In this document: in pieces, positions 25,131-46,413 of the stretch
How positions within the stretch are numbered: position 1 is the stretch's first letter
Layout of the letters: each line of letters begins with the position of its first letter
Assembly (NCBI GenBank): GCA_964035545.1
Contig: OZ037766.1
Coordinates: forward strand, 6,376,722 to 6,440,721
Direction: 5' to 3'
Source of the DNA: Bugula neritina
Lineage: Eukaryota; Animalia; Bryozoa
DNA length: 64,000 nt
Made by a program: the position numbers and the translations under genes
The notes under the pieces: generated by a model
The model's input: the letters and a program-made list of their open reading frames with translations, nothing else
The model's database searches: none
Told to the model about the DNA's origin: nothing

Positions 25131-26064
25131 TAAGTGACGAAATCAAAATGTAAATGGAAATTGAATTGTGGTGGCACAACTGTAAATCAAAAGTAAACCG
25201 CACAGTTTTAGAAATTTGCATGGCAATATCAATGACAGCATGAGCATGTTGCTTGTTGTCAAATCGCCAAGCCCAAAATAGCAGCCAAAAACACTTGGAT
25301 TCTCGTTGCCAATTTCAGTTCATAATTTTGATTCAGGAGCTGCAAAAAGGTTAATAGACAACTCCTGAATTATGATGTTGCTTAATCTTCTAATAATAAG
25401 AGCGTAATAAAATGAGGTGTAATAAAATGCAAAAAGAAACATTTCAAAAACCACATTGTTATAACTTGTAAGACAAGTTTTATATTGCTTCTTCCCTAAA
25501 TATACTGCAAAAATAAATGCTCCAAATACATTTTAATAAAGGAATTATAAAATTGTATTGTAGCGCTAGCTCTTACTTTCGGAGTTATCGGTTCTTATAT
25601 TAGCTTTTACCTTGTAGTATAATAAAAATAAAAATTATTCTATAAAAACAATGTTGTTAAAAATATTTTATTTTTGTGTTTAAATACAAATAAGTACAAT
25701 AATGCTAATATTTTTATACGAAAGCATGGATTGCTTTACATGAGCTGCTAGTGTAATTATATGATGACAACTATACTTGGTAACGAGAGGTCAATTGGTA
25801 ACTATGTAAATGGCATTTTTACACTATAGGGAAGAAGGGTTGACACACACAGAATTGGCGCACGACTTGGTTGGTGTAAGTTAATCATAGACCTTGAAAA
25901 AGTATTTGCTACTGGTAAGTGCTTGACAAGTCACGCCTTTGCAAAAACTTACTCATATACTTCTGTTAACTTAGTAACCACATTCCCATTGCTAGATTAA
26001 ATTTTGGGCTTCTAGTGTAGATTCATTGTGACTTTCACAGGACTGAAAGTGAAATATTCTAGTT

Positions 26065-29000
26065 ATGTCTCGGATTTCATCGACTTTCAAAAAGACAAAA
26101 GAAGCTGAAGGTCAAGGTAGTCCTTCTAAATGTAAGAGAAAATTGCTTTATTTTTATGCACTATGTTATTATTTAATAATTGTATATTTAAATTCGTACT
26201 TCTAATTCTACTTCTACTTCTACTTCTAGTAATGTAAAACAATTTAGCAGTTTGGAACAGAGAAGATAAACATAAAAACAAAAAGAAATTTAAATTCTAA
26301 TATTTATGTCACAAAACAAAAACAAATAAACTTAAAAATTAATTATATTTATTAAATATCATAAAAAAGTAAGTTATTTGGTTGCTTTTAGTTATATCAT
26401 TGCTAAGGGAATATGTTTGCAATTTAACATGCTAAAATTGATTTGCTTAAACATATTGTTGTAGTTTTGTGCACTACTATAGTGGGGTATTATTTTACAC
26501 ACAAATTAGTGATGCATAACCTACTATGAGGTTTGAGAGAGAAACCAAAGTAGATAGTGTTTGCGGAAGATCTATATTTTATGTCTAATTATACACAAGT
26601 AAAGTTAGTAGCAATTGCAAAAGAAGATGCGTATAGAACAGTTGTACAATATTACGCTAGTCTACATGACAATCATCCTTCAACTGAGGAAGGGTGCCGG
26701 AAGGCGCTGGTTATATTCTAAGGGTAGGCCCTGATTGACTGGGGGGGGGGGGGGTAGTTCCGGCAGTGAAAACCGCAACAAGTGACGGGGTGCCGCATAG
26801 AGATGCGGCATTGCTAACAGAGTTATCGTCCCTTGGAACTATTGCCATATAATGTCATATCACACCTTCTGTTGCAGGTATCTAGTACATGGAAGGTTGG
26901 GGGGTATACTTCCCACAGCCACTACACCATGGTGATTATTCAACATTCATCATCAATATTACACTTACATTAAGAACATTATGTAAAAGAAAAGTCACCA
27001 ATTTCTACTAAAAAACTACATGCTTAGTTTTTTATTTTAAAGTTGTTTTGTAATCAGTATGTTTTTATCATATGCTTTTGCTTTAGCTGCGTACCTAACC
27101 AGTGTACCTAGAACAAGAAGTCCTTCTCCTTTGAGAAAAAGTCGCAGCTCTTCAAGCCTCCGAAAAAGTAATTCAGGGTATGCATTTCATCAGTAATATG
27201 CACTTTGAAACCAAACATCACATAACATAAGTTTTTGATACTAACTATCTCTGCCAAACACAGTTTTCTTTTGGAGATATTTTAAAAATTTAAATTTACT
27301 AGAGCAAAAACTTTTCTAAATAAGTACCTAAAAAATAAAATTGAATTCTTATATATAGCATCTTATTTAGAAACACTTTTATTTTTATAATATGAAAATT
27401 TCCTATATATGTCAAATTAATTCTAATAGATTATTCTTGATGTGATGTAAACAGCTGCAGCAGACACAGCTATAACACTACTTGTTAGATAGTAATAGTG
27501 CTAACGTAGTTACATGTACTATAGAAAAAGTTGGCTCATTATTCAGTTTCCTTATAGAGTTAATCACCAATGCAGCAAAGTCTTAGATTATAATAAATCA
27601 ACAGCAACATGTAGGCCAAACTTGTTTTCTATTAACTACTATTCATCCTTGTCCAATTTTCTTTGTTCACTAATCACCTGTACATTCTACAGTATGGTAA
27701 CCAGTTTACTTTATGATACAGCAAACTAAACAGTTCTCAAGAACTGCAATCAATTGAAGATGACTACATCAAGAACCTACAACAACAAGTGTATTTCTTG
27801 GAACTTGAAGCTAACTATCTTAGAGAACAGGCTAAGAAAGCTACCGATATGCACCCAAAAATGACTGCAGAAGCAGAAAGAATGTTGTACAAATTAAGGG
27901 TTAGCATCTTTTGAAATTTGCTTTCATTGCTATTCTTTAAGTATTTTGAATAACAAAAATAGAAGCTTAATAATTTAAAAACATTTTTATACCTTAATGT
28001 TGTTGAAACAAGTTGCACATTTGTTGATATTAAATAAAATGGTAGTTTTTTTAATTTTTAAAAAACTAGCCAAATTTACAATTCAAATTTTTATTGCAAT
28101 TACTACCTTTTCAATTCATATAATAATTTCATAACATATTGAAGTAGCTACTTAAGTGTGTAATAATCAGAAAGTATTTTAAACTTTTAGAACATGCAGG
28201 GTAATGTTGATGAGTTGAACTTAGAGTTGCGAAGAAGAGAGGCGAGTATTGATGTAGTTCAAACAGAGAAGGACCGAGTATTAAGTCGGCTAGAGCAGGA
28301 GGAAAGTGAGTTAAGTTTGTATTGGGTAACATAACAGCAAGTCTGTATACTCACAGAAAGTTAAAATAGTGGGTAATGTGTATATATATAGAGTGTCGTA
28401 GTATATTATATTTACAGCAGACTTAGGGTGTTGCAGTAAGTAATACATACAAACACTAACATGGGGTATGACAAGTATATGCTTTCATAGATATAAATGT
28501 AGGCATCAGCAAATATAATAATTTATAACAATTTATACATTTAGAATAATAGTTTGTACTGTGAACTATTGCGAAATTATTATATTTGCTGATGGTATCT
28601 TGTGATTTGACCGTCTACATTCAAACTGTGCTTATAAAAAAGAATAGCCATATATATTTGGGCTTTTTTGCCTTTGCTTGTGTACCTCATATTTTAAGCT
28701 TTTGATGTTTGATGTTAGCTACTAAAAATACCTCTCTTAATCAAAGTTCCTTTCACTTGAATAGTTCACACTACATTGTATTTGGTACACCTTTGGGTCC
28801 CACTGGAGGAATAATATAGTCTCAAGAGAGAAAACAACTTCCAACACCATGCATATTTTTTGTGTTATGCTCTTTATCATTAAGGAATCAACTTGAAAGC
28901 TTGAAAATTTCAATTATAAGCAATGCATTGTACATTTGTTAATAACTTCTAATATTAAATTCACTTCCTTTTATACCAAACAAAATTACTAAATATTAAC

Positions 29001-32000
29001 AGCTTTTCAAGTTATATCGAATATATTTATTATTGGTGGCACACCTGGTGTTATATGCATGCAAAGGAAAATTATTACACATTATCCTATCATGTGCAGT
29101 TGAAAGACAAAGAGAGAAGAGAATGCTTACCGAAGAGATCGTTGAACTGCGAAGAGAAAGAGACAGCTTGTCACTGGAGAACTCAAGAAAGACTAATCAA
29201 CTAGAGCACACATCATCTAATAAGGAACAGCTGGAGCTTCAACTTTTAAACTCTGAAGACACCATAAGGATGCTACGTAAACAGGTTAGTTTAAAATGTA
29301 AAGGCTTAATAACACTTTTTTACCTATCTTCACTTATCTCCACTTTGTTCTGTTCGGGTAGCGGAAACAGGTTAACACCTGGCAGGTGATAAAAAAGCTG
29401 ATTTTACTACTTGGTTAGTGACTTCCTCTACATATGTGCTGAAATTAGTTATTTAGAAGTAATTTTGCAACCAACCTTAGTAGGTAATGTTAAAAATTCA
29501 AATAAACTAGTTGAATCATTTCTAATTGTGTTATGCCCATATAGTAAACAAGTTTGAGCCTCATAAAAAGATTTTTTTCTATTAGCAAAGCAGACAAGCA
29601 GGCTAAAAGGATCTCAACCTATTGTAAAATTGTGAAACTTATCATAACTTTGTACCTTCATTAAATTGTTTTAATATTAGTACTAAATATTATGTATTGA
29701 ATGTATGCCATCATACCATATGCAATGTAAAAAACCCATATTTCCTTATAAACTATTTTGAAAATTATTATTATTATGCATGCATTCTATGACAAACAAC
29801 TGCAGTTTTTTCTCATTCAAGTGCAGTAGTGTAGAGATTTCTTCAGCTTGAGTTCTTTAATTTTCCTAATCAATTTTTGTTTGTGACGTGGGTTAAAATT
29901 TTCACGAGAATATAATTTCTTTTGATGCATTTCTAACGTAAAACACCGGCTTTTCTTAGTTTGTGCCTTACTGCACCTGCTTCTCTGTTCTCTCACTTTA
30001 GTTGGATGAAAAGTCTCAGCAGCAAAGAGCTACTGAGTTGGCTTTGGAAGAGAAGAGATCTCAAGTAATTGAAGCTGAGGCTCACTCCAGGGAAGTAGAG
30101 GATAGGTATATTACTAACGCTAGTATCATACATGACAGGACGGTGAATGATCTTAAGGTACACAGTCTATTATCAGCTGTTTTAGTTATTATTAGTATTA
30201 TGTATTAATGCATGTATATATATATATAAGAAGTTGTAATTCATATCTTTAGCTTTTTCTAACTTTTATTTTATATTGTAACATAATGCTTAATATTTTT
30301 GTTGCTTGTAAATGTATATTTTAGTACTAGTAAATCGATATATCAAAGTATTAGAATTGTGAGCTAATTAACATACTAACACTCATTTTATATCATCATA
30401 CTGGCGTAAATAGCATTACATTATTGCCACCTCTCAGTAAACATTTAGTTATATAGGTATATAAATGTACATAATATATAAGATATTACTTTGAGAATTG
30501 CATGTAATTATTTTCTAAAACTATGCAATCATTCATATTTTGTTAAAACAATGAAAATATAGAGATATATTACTAGTTTTTTAAAAATTAGTCTTTTTAT
30601 AAAATTCCTGGAACAGTCATAGCTTTTTGCACGGCAGGATGAAATACGCTCCCTCAGGGCAAAGCTTAAGGATGCGGAGTTGAGAGCTGACGAAGATCGA
30701 AGATTAAGAGGTCGTACAGAACACGAGAGTTCAAACATTCTTCAAGACAACACTTTGTTAAATGCTACAGTTGATGACTTAGAGAGACAGCTGGCAAGGG
30801 TTTGTATATGTCATACGCTTCTTACCTTTTGTTATTACTATGTAGGTAGATATTACTTGTACATTTATTTCACCTTATTATAGCAGAGACGTTTATTTCC
30901 TTAATACAAAAGTATAAATGTAGACCTTATTTTTGTGTAGGGCAGTTTATGACATAGTTTGCTATCTTTAAACTAGAAAATAATGTATATATGCCTTAAT
31001 ATGATATTATTCAATTTTATAACTTTGCCTAATATAATTCATATTTACTTCAGAAAGTTCTAAATGCGTCCAACAAATAATTCATTTTTAGTGTTATCTC
31101 GATCAATTTGCAGTGAGTGAAATCTTGCTACATTTTCAAGCGCTAAAATATTTTTATTTGCTAGGAAAAAGATCTGAGAGCCTCTACTGATGAAAAGAGA
31201 TCTCAAAACATGGTGGAGTTGAGTGTCCTATCAGAGAGAGAGAAAGAACTGCAGGCTGAGCTCAGACACACTCAGGATTTGCTGAGAGAAGAGAAAAATA
31301 GGAGTCAAAGATATCTAGACCAAGTAAGGGTATATTATGTAGATACTGCAATCTGCAGCTCTTAGAGGTCAAAGGTAGTGGTTGATTTCCAAGAACCACT
31401 GCTTGAGAGAGATATCACTGGTTAGTCGCTAATAAGTAAATAATAATATGAAGGAAATCTGGAGTTAAAAAGAAACTCAGCAACTTTCCTACAGCTTGCT
31501 TATGGTGTAGCCACCTGTCTTTATCACTCTGTAGCTGAATAAACAGCAAGATGTTGCTGCAACCTTAGAACTGAATAACACTACTGCTAGAAGTGCGCTC
31601 TTTGAAACAGAAGGTAAATACAAGTTCTTAGACAGCGAAAACAAGCAACTTAAACGGGATAAGGAGATACTAATTGAACATGTTGCAGAGCTACAGCGGC
31701 AGGTATAGTGAATACACTCTAATATACTCTCTATATGCTCTATATATACTCTCTGTATACTCTCTGTATACTCTCTATATATACTCTCTGTATACTCTCT
31801 GTATACTCTCTGTATACTCTCTGTATACTCTCTGTATACTCTCTATATACTCTCTGTCTATCTACTCTCTGTATACTCTCTGTATATGCTCTTTATACTG
31901 TCTATATATGCTTTATAAATACACTATATACTCTCTTTATACATTCTATATACTCTATGATAGACTTTACAATATCCTCTATACATTTTATATACTCTAA

Positions 32001-33577
32001 TATATGCTCTAATAAATGTTCCAATATTATACTGTATTTAACTTTACTTGCACATGTATATGTAGGTTTAGGCAATGATTTATATGAAGTGGTATTACTT
32101 TTGTACACTTTAATATACAGCATTCTGGGTAAATTATGTAACACAAATTTTATAAGTTGTAGTGTATTGGATTTGAAGGGTTGTCTATTGCCAATTAGAT
32201 AGTGTAGCCTATATTAGGATTTTATTTGCAGCCTAATATCTTATTCAACACAGCTGTATTATACCAAGATGATGTTCTGTTTAGCTTTCTAGAAAAGAAG
32301 TGACATTAGCTTCTAGCAGGAAGTCACTGCGTGAATTAGAGTTGGACATGGATGATTCGGAGAGGTCAAGGTTAGCTGAAAGTAGTCTGCATACTCAGAA
32401 GTGGCAGGAGTTTGGGGAGTTGGCAGACAGCATGAAGGGGCTGAGCAGGTTGGTTATAGTGTGTATGATATACACCATTTGTATTATGTATAGTATATAC
32501 ACTACTTGTATTATGTATAGTATATACACCACTTGTATTATGTATAGTATATACACCACTTGTATTATGTATAGTATATAGTGTGTACACCACTTGCATT
32601 ATGTATAGTATATACACCACTTGTATTATGTATAGTGTGTACACCACTTGTATTATGTATAGTGTGTACACCACTTGTATTATGTATAGTATATACACCA
32701 CTTGTATTATGTATAGTATATACACCACTTGTATTATGTATAGTATATACACCACTTGTATTATGTATAGTATATACACTACTTGTATTATGTATAGTAT
32801 ATACACCACTTGTATTGTGTATAGTGTATACACCACTTGTATTATGTGTAGTATATACACCACTTGTATTATGTATAGTATATACACCACTTGCAATAAT
32901 TTTAGTATATCCACTATTTTTGTTAATTTAGGTAAAAAACACTCTGCAACTTGCCTTCGACTTACTTTAATTATAAAGTGTTGTGTTTTACAAAATAATG
33001 CTAAAAGCATATTAAATTTCCTATCCCTGCTTGTTATGCTATAATCAGGATATTATAATACTGCATTATTTCATATAATGGTGAACTGATAATTAATCTG
33101 CTCTTGTTAGTATCAGTATTTTAGTATCTGTTCTGGTTCTTTGGCAGTTGATGTTGGTACAGTTTTTCTGACACGCTATGAAAACTATCAGTATTTCCAG
33201 CAATTCATGTTTTGTGTATATATAAACCTTAAAGTTTACGAATTTATTCTGGTGTTGCTTGGGCACGTAATTTAAAAAATCATAAGTTGTACTGAAAAAA
33301 ATATCAGTAACACTAAACACTTTGCACTGAAAATAACAAAATGCTGACAACTTAGCAGCTCCACTTAATTGTGGTATAATCTTCAATGCTACATCTACCA
33401 GTTAACCACTAACTTCATATACTCAAACTTTAGTTTCTTTCTTATACATGTTTTAGATCAATGGCTAAATCTACTAGTCCCGCCCGTAGCCCAAGATCTA
33501 TGACACGAAGTCCAAGATCTTCTATTCGTAGCCCAAGAGCATCTCGCAAGTTTGGGAAGGGCATGTATGCTTTGTAG
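26065..33577 (+). CDS. Uncharacterised long coiled-coil protein with Ser/Pro/Arg-rich N- and C-termini, ~521 aa
   Basis: Exons 26065-26131, 27087-27177, 27722-27899, 28191-28305, 29100-29284, 30002-30157, 30638-30799, 31165-31323, 31535-31702, 32285-32448, 33457-33577; all GT-AG, sum 1566 nt in frame. Heptad-rich E/K/R/L/Q sequence (EDDYIKNLQQQVYFLELEANYLREQAKK). A probable 5' UTR exon ends at 25914 (CTG|GTAAGT). Confidence 0.82.
31710..31880. repeat. 11-bp tandem repeat TATACTCTCTG
   Basis: Directly visible; begins just after the donor at 31703. Confidence 0.85.
32469..32893. repeat. 27-bp minisatellite (TATACACCACTTGTATTATGTATAGTA), about 16 copies
   Basis: Directly visible; gives the 9-aa repeat ORFs in the track; starts about 20 nt after the donor at 32449. 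Confidence 0.92.
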
Positions 33578-34918
33578 ACGCACTCGCAAGAACTCTTTGA
33601 AACAGTTGGATAACCTTAGCCTACATTGATAAAACTTCATACCTGAGCTTTAGTTAAAGGCATTGTTTTATAATCATTAATAAAAGTAGATGTTTTGCAA
33701 GGATTTTAGGTTAATTGTAATTTTTGCTACCAAAGATAATTTTTCATCTGTTTTGTTATTGAAGAAGTTCATTTAACAATATTGTAGAACATTTTTTTTA
33801 TTTCTTTTTATGTTTTGCTTAGCTTATCTCCATGCACATGTAATAGTTGGATTTTAGTACTGTTTACTGTGAAACCTTTTTTGACAATTAGTTTAGCATT
33901 ATACTAGTACGATGTACTTTTTCATGTCCTTCTAACAGTTTTGTTGTACTCTATGTACTGTTGACAATATTTTTCTTTAATTTTTGCTAATGATAGAATA
34001 TCTCAAATTTTCAGCCCTACTTTTGTAAGTGATTTTTGTTGGGTGATTATTTTAAAGTCATATTATTTAAAGCTCAATGTTATTATTTTCTTATCTCTTT
34101 CTCCACCAGTCTGTCTGTTGAGTGTGCAACAATGCTAAAGAACTTAGAAAGGTTTAATTTTTTGATATGCTTTAATCATTTTCTACCCTGATAGAGTGCT
34201 ACAAATACTCATTTTTGTTTTCTCCTTTGTCCATAACTAGAAAATGTGTCATTATTTTGTTTCTAAAATAAAATCCAGTTTGGTTTCAAACACTTCTAGT
34301 TATTTTTACCACTGCTAATTGTAGTCCAATTAGATTTCTACCATTATTATGTTTATGCATTTTCAAATAACCTACACCTCGCATCCCATATGTTTTTACT
34401 AATAACAAATTATAGTTGTAAAAAAAGAAGAGCTAGCTTAAAAGCATTCTTAGCCAACTTAAAAATTAGTCAAAGAATTTACTATAGAAGCATTGCAAAT
34501 GTAATTAATTGTTAATAGAATTATTAGAATCCATTTAAAAAAAATGCATTTATTTTTTAATATTAAGTAATATTTACTATAGACGGATTACCATTAGCAG
34601 AGTACATGGATGTAACATAATATAATATATAAAGTTTAGTTATTATGTATTATTCCTCCTAGCTTATCTTGAAACATTCACTCATGCTAAAGTAAACAAT
34701 AATTTATCTCAAGGGATTGTCAACTCTTTATTCATAAAGCCAAGAATTCTCTGTAGCATTTCTATACTAACAAAATATTGTGTAGATATTCACTATTAAT
34801 TGTCATAAAGAAAGTAACTGGCTTGTAGTTAGTTTAACAAGCATATTGTCAAGGTGTGAGTTAGGAGATACGCTGGATTTTGTTTAGCGAAATTTTGAAG
34901 TACTATCAAACTGGCAGC

Positions 34919-41290
<6,372 letters not shown>

Positions 41291-42579
41291 AAGTTGAAAG
41301 AAAAGACTAGCTGCAGTAGTTGATGTGTACTAGCACCATAGAATGATTATATTGTGATGTGCATGTTTTGAAAAACTCTATTGCTAAAGCTGACTGTAAA
41401 GATTATGGATATGCATAGATCTAACCTTATGTCTCTCACATTAAATTACTATAATTTTGTACGTTATATAATTTATTTGTATGATGTAACTCGTATATTC
41501 TGCTTGGTCACCATGAAAATTGTGTTTATGTAGCCACACATAATTTATTAAAAGTAAGTGTTTTATGGTCATGACTTACTATTGATATACAAGAGTCTAG
41601 AAAATTAGTATTTTACTGTTTGTTGTAGTGCTTATTTACCTGCAGTAATAATTACTAAGCATAATCAAGGTAATATTGTTATATTGTTTTGTTGTTTGCA
41701 GTACAACTGTTACGATATTTTCAAAGATATATCATAAATTATTGAATGATCATATTGCCATTATTGCTAAATAATATTGTAGTAGTTTTAAATCTTATTA
41801 TATATCTGTCATTAAATATGCATACACTTCTGTAGTTTTTGATTAGATTATCAAACACAGGTATATGTTATTCTTATTACACCTGCTAAAAAGTCAAACT
41901 GCTATGTTGGCATATTTCGTCAAAATATATTATACTTATATGTATGATGACTATTCTGGCTAAAAGTTAAAAATAAGATTTGTTATAAGAATTACAATAA
42001 AGTTATAATAAAATTCTGATACAACTGTTCCATCAAAAATTACCCAGACTATATTATTTTATGTCCAACAGCTTGGTTATTTTATTCCAATTTTATTATA
42101 ACTTCATTATTTTTCTTGTAATATATTTCACATTTACGAATTTCATAAACATAAAAGTTGTATAACACACAGACTGCTTTAGTAGCTACCTTATTGTTCA
42201 CTATCTTATATTCATCAGTAGCTAACCTTAAAGTCTATTTATGGCAAAATGCCCTCAACATTAACAAATGGCATGTGAAATCATCAAGCAGATTAAACAT
42301 TTGCTCGAACTGCTTAATAAATCTCTCACAAGTTAACCTCTGGCTGAACAGTCATACTAATGCTACTAAAAGACTCGAACATAATAAAAAATGGTATATT
42401 ATAACTTATTAAATAAAAAATTTTAATACTATTAAATGTCAAATAGCATTAATTTTGTATTCCACGTTTAATAACTTGCCATTTATGGAATGTTAGTTAC
42501 GTTGTGGTATTACTGCACATAATATTAACCAATGAAATATACAGTCTGTAATCTGTTGATCGTGAAGTGTTATAGCAGC

Positions 42580-45500
42580 TCAGACTTTGTCTCCCATATT
42601 GGCTTTAGATACCTGAAAGTGAAAGTAATAAAGTCAAAGTAAAAGTAATAAAGTTAAAGTGAAAGTAATAAAGTCAACGTAATAACTCTATGTAAACATG
42701 CGAGAGAAAATGGTTCATCATTTGTCTAACACAAAGGCTAACTAACTGCTCAATTAAAACACTATTCTTAAACCCATCTATAAGAGACAGAAGAAGCGTC
42801 TATAGTACACTGTAATAATAAATTAAAATACCTGTAGAATAGCTACAATCAGCCCGAATAATCCGATGGCACTAGCAAAGATTTCAACTATCAATATTTT
42901 CACAAAGAGCCCCTTCTTCTGAGTGTCTCCAGCATCAGCTAAGGCAGCACCAGAGCCAACTATGCCCACACACACTCCGCAAGCCAAATTTCCAAGACCA
43001 ACAGTCAATCCAGCACCAAACATGGCGTAACCTGTAATAGAACTATAAACCTAAACATATCATATGCACTCCATGTGTAATTTAAACATGCATACATCAA
43101 AACTATTAAATTAACGCTTACGTTCAACTTCATTATACACACCATTATTTCATATTTTAAGAGCAAGATGATACTATATGTTGAAATGCCAATTTTAATT
43201 TATGTGATTTCATGTACTTAAAAAAGTTATAGTTTGGAGCTTATAATAAAAGTGGTCATCTTCAATAAAGCAGCCAATCAAATGAAGCGTTGTAAAATAA
43301 ACCATCGTGAGTAGATTGAAAATCAAGAGGAATAAAAACCTCAGTAGTAAGGGACAAATAAGTCTATGATAGTACGCATCAATGTTTTCTGTTATCACAG
43401 CTAATCTCACTTTGTTAATGGCTGTACAAGCAACTACCAACTAACTAATTAACTAGCAAGTTCAAAAATAAAGTATGCGTGTTTTAGCTATGAATAATTA
43501 TTATAATAAATTTGTCTGACCAGCAAAGTAGTTCTTCTGTACTATGTCAAGGTCGTTCACCAACGTGTAAGGCTACAATATATAAAATGTTGGTAACATC
43601 AAATGCTGCTTTAAGTTATCCAGGACTCAGTGAGATCATTGTACAATAATTTCTATTAATTTAATGATTTTCTAATAATGGAAATATTAAAAAATAAAAT
43701 TACTCACAGCTAATTTGTTGCCCATGACAATAGCCATGATGATACCATATATGGCAACAGCTTCGCAAAAGATGATACTAATCAGATTCTTGGTTTTAAT
43801 TCGGGGTGCCTTCACACCACCTCCTAGAATGCTAGCACCAGCGCAGAGGATACCCCTGAAAACATCAGTTACAGTATAGAAACCAAGCTAAAACTTCCTC
43901 AGAAGCATACTAAGCGGTTTTCTTACAGTAGAGTGAAGGATGCTAAAGATAGATGTGCAGATAAACTTTTGATTATTTCAGGTAGCTGAGTAATTATCCA
44001 TCAGCATGGATGCTAAATTAAAAAAATAACAGGAAACAATGAGAGACATTCTATGTTTTAAAGAAAATTTGAAGGTAGAATGTGAAAGGAGTTTTTAAAA
44101 ATATTGAACATAATATGTGGTTTCATTTTGTTTGAGAAAACACTTTTAACTCATTGAAAAATATACTACTAGTGAAAGAGAATTTTTTGTTCAGGTAACA
44201 ATTTTTTTTAAAAACTTACCAAGCAGCGCCTACTACGGAAAGTGCTATAGCCAAAGAAATTCCAACGCACGCATAAAAATATGGTGAAATACCAGCTAGC
44301 AACCTATAACACAGACAATATACTTGTAATAAAAATGACAGAAACTAATACTATCATTACACAACAACATCATCCACGGAAAATACATGAATTACATTTT
44401 CAACACAAATATTTTTTAATATTATGCTAGAGAAATCTTCTAAGCACCAATTTGAAGTAATTGTCTTGCAGTCTACTAGCACAAAATAAAAATATAATTG
44501 GACTTCTTTTAACATTAAAAAAGTAGTCAACATACCATCCAATATCAAAATTGCCACCATATCCAGAGAGCATATAATATAGACCTACAAAGTTACAAAA
44601 AGTATATATAACAATAAAAAATACTAGCACTCACAATACAAGTATAAATATTTTAACTAATTTATTACGTACAGCTCTGCTAGACTGTGAAAACAATGCT
44701 AAATTAAATTATTAGCATAGGTTTTAAACTATTCAATTAAAAACTCAAACCATGTTTTAATAAATCTTTAAAGTGTTGCCAGAAAATCAAAATACTGTAC
44801 TTTAAATTTGAATTGAAGGCCAAAAATGCTTATCACAAAAAGCAAAGTCACAAAAATAAACTAAAGATAATAAAAAAATCACATGTAAATCAAAATTAAA
44901 CTTTAGTCATTTTAATTGACTATCTTTTAAATTATAAAAAACCAATAATATTGCAGTTAATGCAATGATTGTAATCTTCGACATCAATTTTGTACTACAA
45001 TGAATGGCAATAGATATGTAATTTATTAATATGTTATTATATTAACAGTAACACTTTTAACTCTTGGATGATCATTGCTTTTAAAATAAATTTCTTTGTC
45101 ATTATGTTGATTATATGTCTTTTAACTTATAAGTACAGCTAATCATGTTGTTAAACCAGTGAATATACACAGCAAATATAACCCACCAGATAAAAAACTA
45201 AATCCAAGTGTAACTTCAAAATAACACATGAAATAATAGTGATACTAATAGTAATACCAATAGTGATATTAAATAATCAATAGTAATACTAATAACAATA
45301 GTATAATCTAATTAAAAATTTATATAGCAATCTGAATCAAAATATTTACTTGAAGTCAAGTTGAGGTAATTTTAACATGTTTTAATTTGTTTTCATCTTG
45401 ATATTCAATTTATTTGCCTTATACATCCAATACTCGAACTCACATTGAATTGTAACTTATATAAAAATAACAATTGAAATTTAGTAAATTTAAAACTAAA

Positions 45501-46269
45501 AATAAAACAGTAATGATTATCATAATAATTATGATACCCATAACGAAAATGACTAAAAATAAAACTAACACTTAGATATTTACTTTTAGTAAATAAAATT
45601 AATTCAGAAATTGGAACTAGCACTACTCAAGTTTTAAACATAATCTTTCGTCGAACGATAAAGTAAAACCAAAGGTGGAAATCTAAAGTAATACCAATGG
45701 CAATACTAATAGTAATACTAATGCTAATAGTAATAGTAATACTAATAGTAATACTAATAGTAATACTAGTAATAGTAATAGTAATAGTAATAGTAATAGC
45801 AATACTTGCAGTTTACTTTATAGCAATCGATATACTTAACAGTAACAGAATAACTGGTTACTATTATTAATAGTAAGACTAATACTAATAGTAATAGTAA
45901 ATGCAACAGCAATGCCAATGGTTATACTTATAGTATAGACTCTAGGGTGGTCCAGTGTGATGATCACATGCAGTTTTTTTAGCTCACTCTTTGAAGACTA
46001 AGACTAAGAGTAAGTATTACTAATACTGCTACGCCTACTATTAATACTATTAGTATTAGATTACGATTTACTTAAACTTTAACTTAAAGTTATTCATATT
46101 CATAATCATAATGATGATCTTAATATTAATTATTATTAATACTAATAGTACTAGTAATATTATATTTATTATAGACTTGCTGTTCAGTTTCACTGTTCTA
46201 CTCACCTATTAGAATAAATATTGATATGGTGGTTGAGATTAAACCGTAAACCACATTATATACAGCCAT
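42580..46269 (-). CDS. ATP6V0B: V-type proton ATPase 21 kDa proteolipid subunit c'', ~209 aa
   Basis: Exons (minus) 46269-46206, 44584-44536, 44303-44220, 43855-43708, 43572-43521, 43031-42832, 42612-42580; sum 630 nt in frame. Motifs [27 protein letters not shown] and [22 protein letters not shown]. Confidence 0.95.
45230..46170. repeat. Degenerate (AATAGT/AATACT)n periodic tract in ATP6V0B intron 1
   Basis: Near-perfect hexamer run at about 45700-45805 and degenerate extensions on both sides. Confidence 0.7.
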
Positions 46270-46413
46270 CTTATCTGCTTCCACAACTCTACACCATCCA
46301 AAGGGGTGCTAACCGTGGGATTAATTGTTCAAACTTTCAACCTAAATTTACTAGTTACTCAAATTTTTATTATTCAAGAATACAACTTCCGATCAATACT
46401 GCGAATGGTAAAT

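Noticed and set aside
32469-32893. Regular ~27-35-bp repeats here and at 15946, 16518 and 20340 as CRISPR arrays
   Set aside because: Units are head-to-tail with no unique spacers, there are no cas genes, and the context is eukaryotic introns.
31674-33044. ORFs of 80-212 aa with repeating peptides (YTLCILSV, IYTTCIMYS)
   Set aside because: They are translations of intronic minisatellites open in several frames and on both strands; only 32285-32448 and the end of exon 31535-31702 are real coding sequence.
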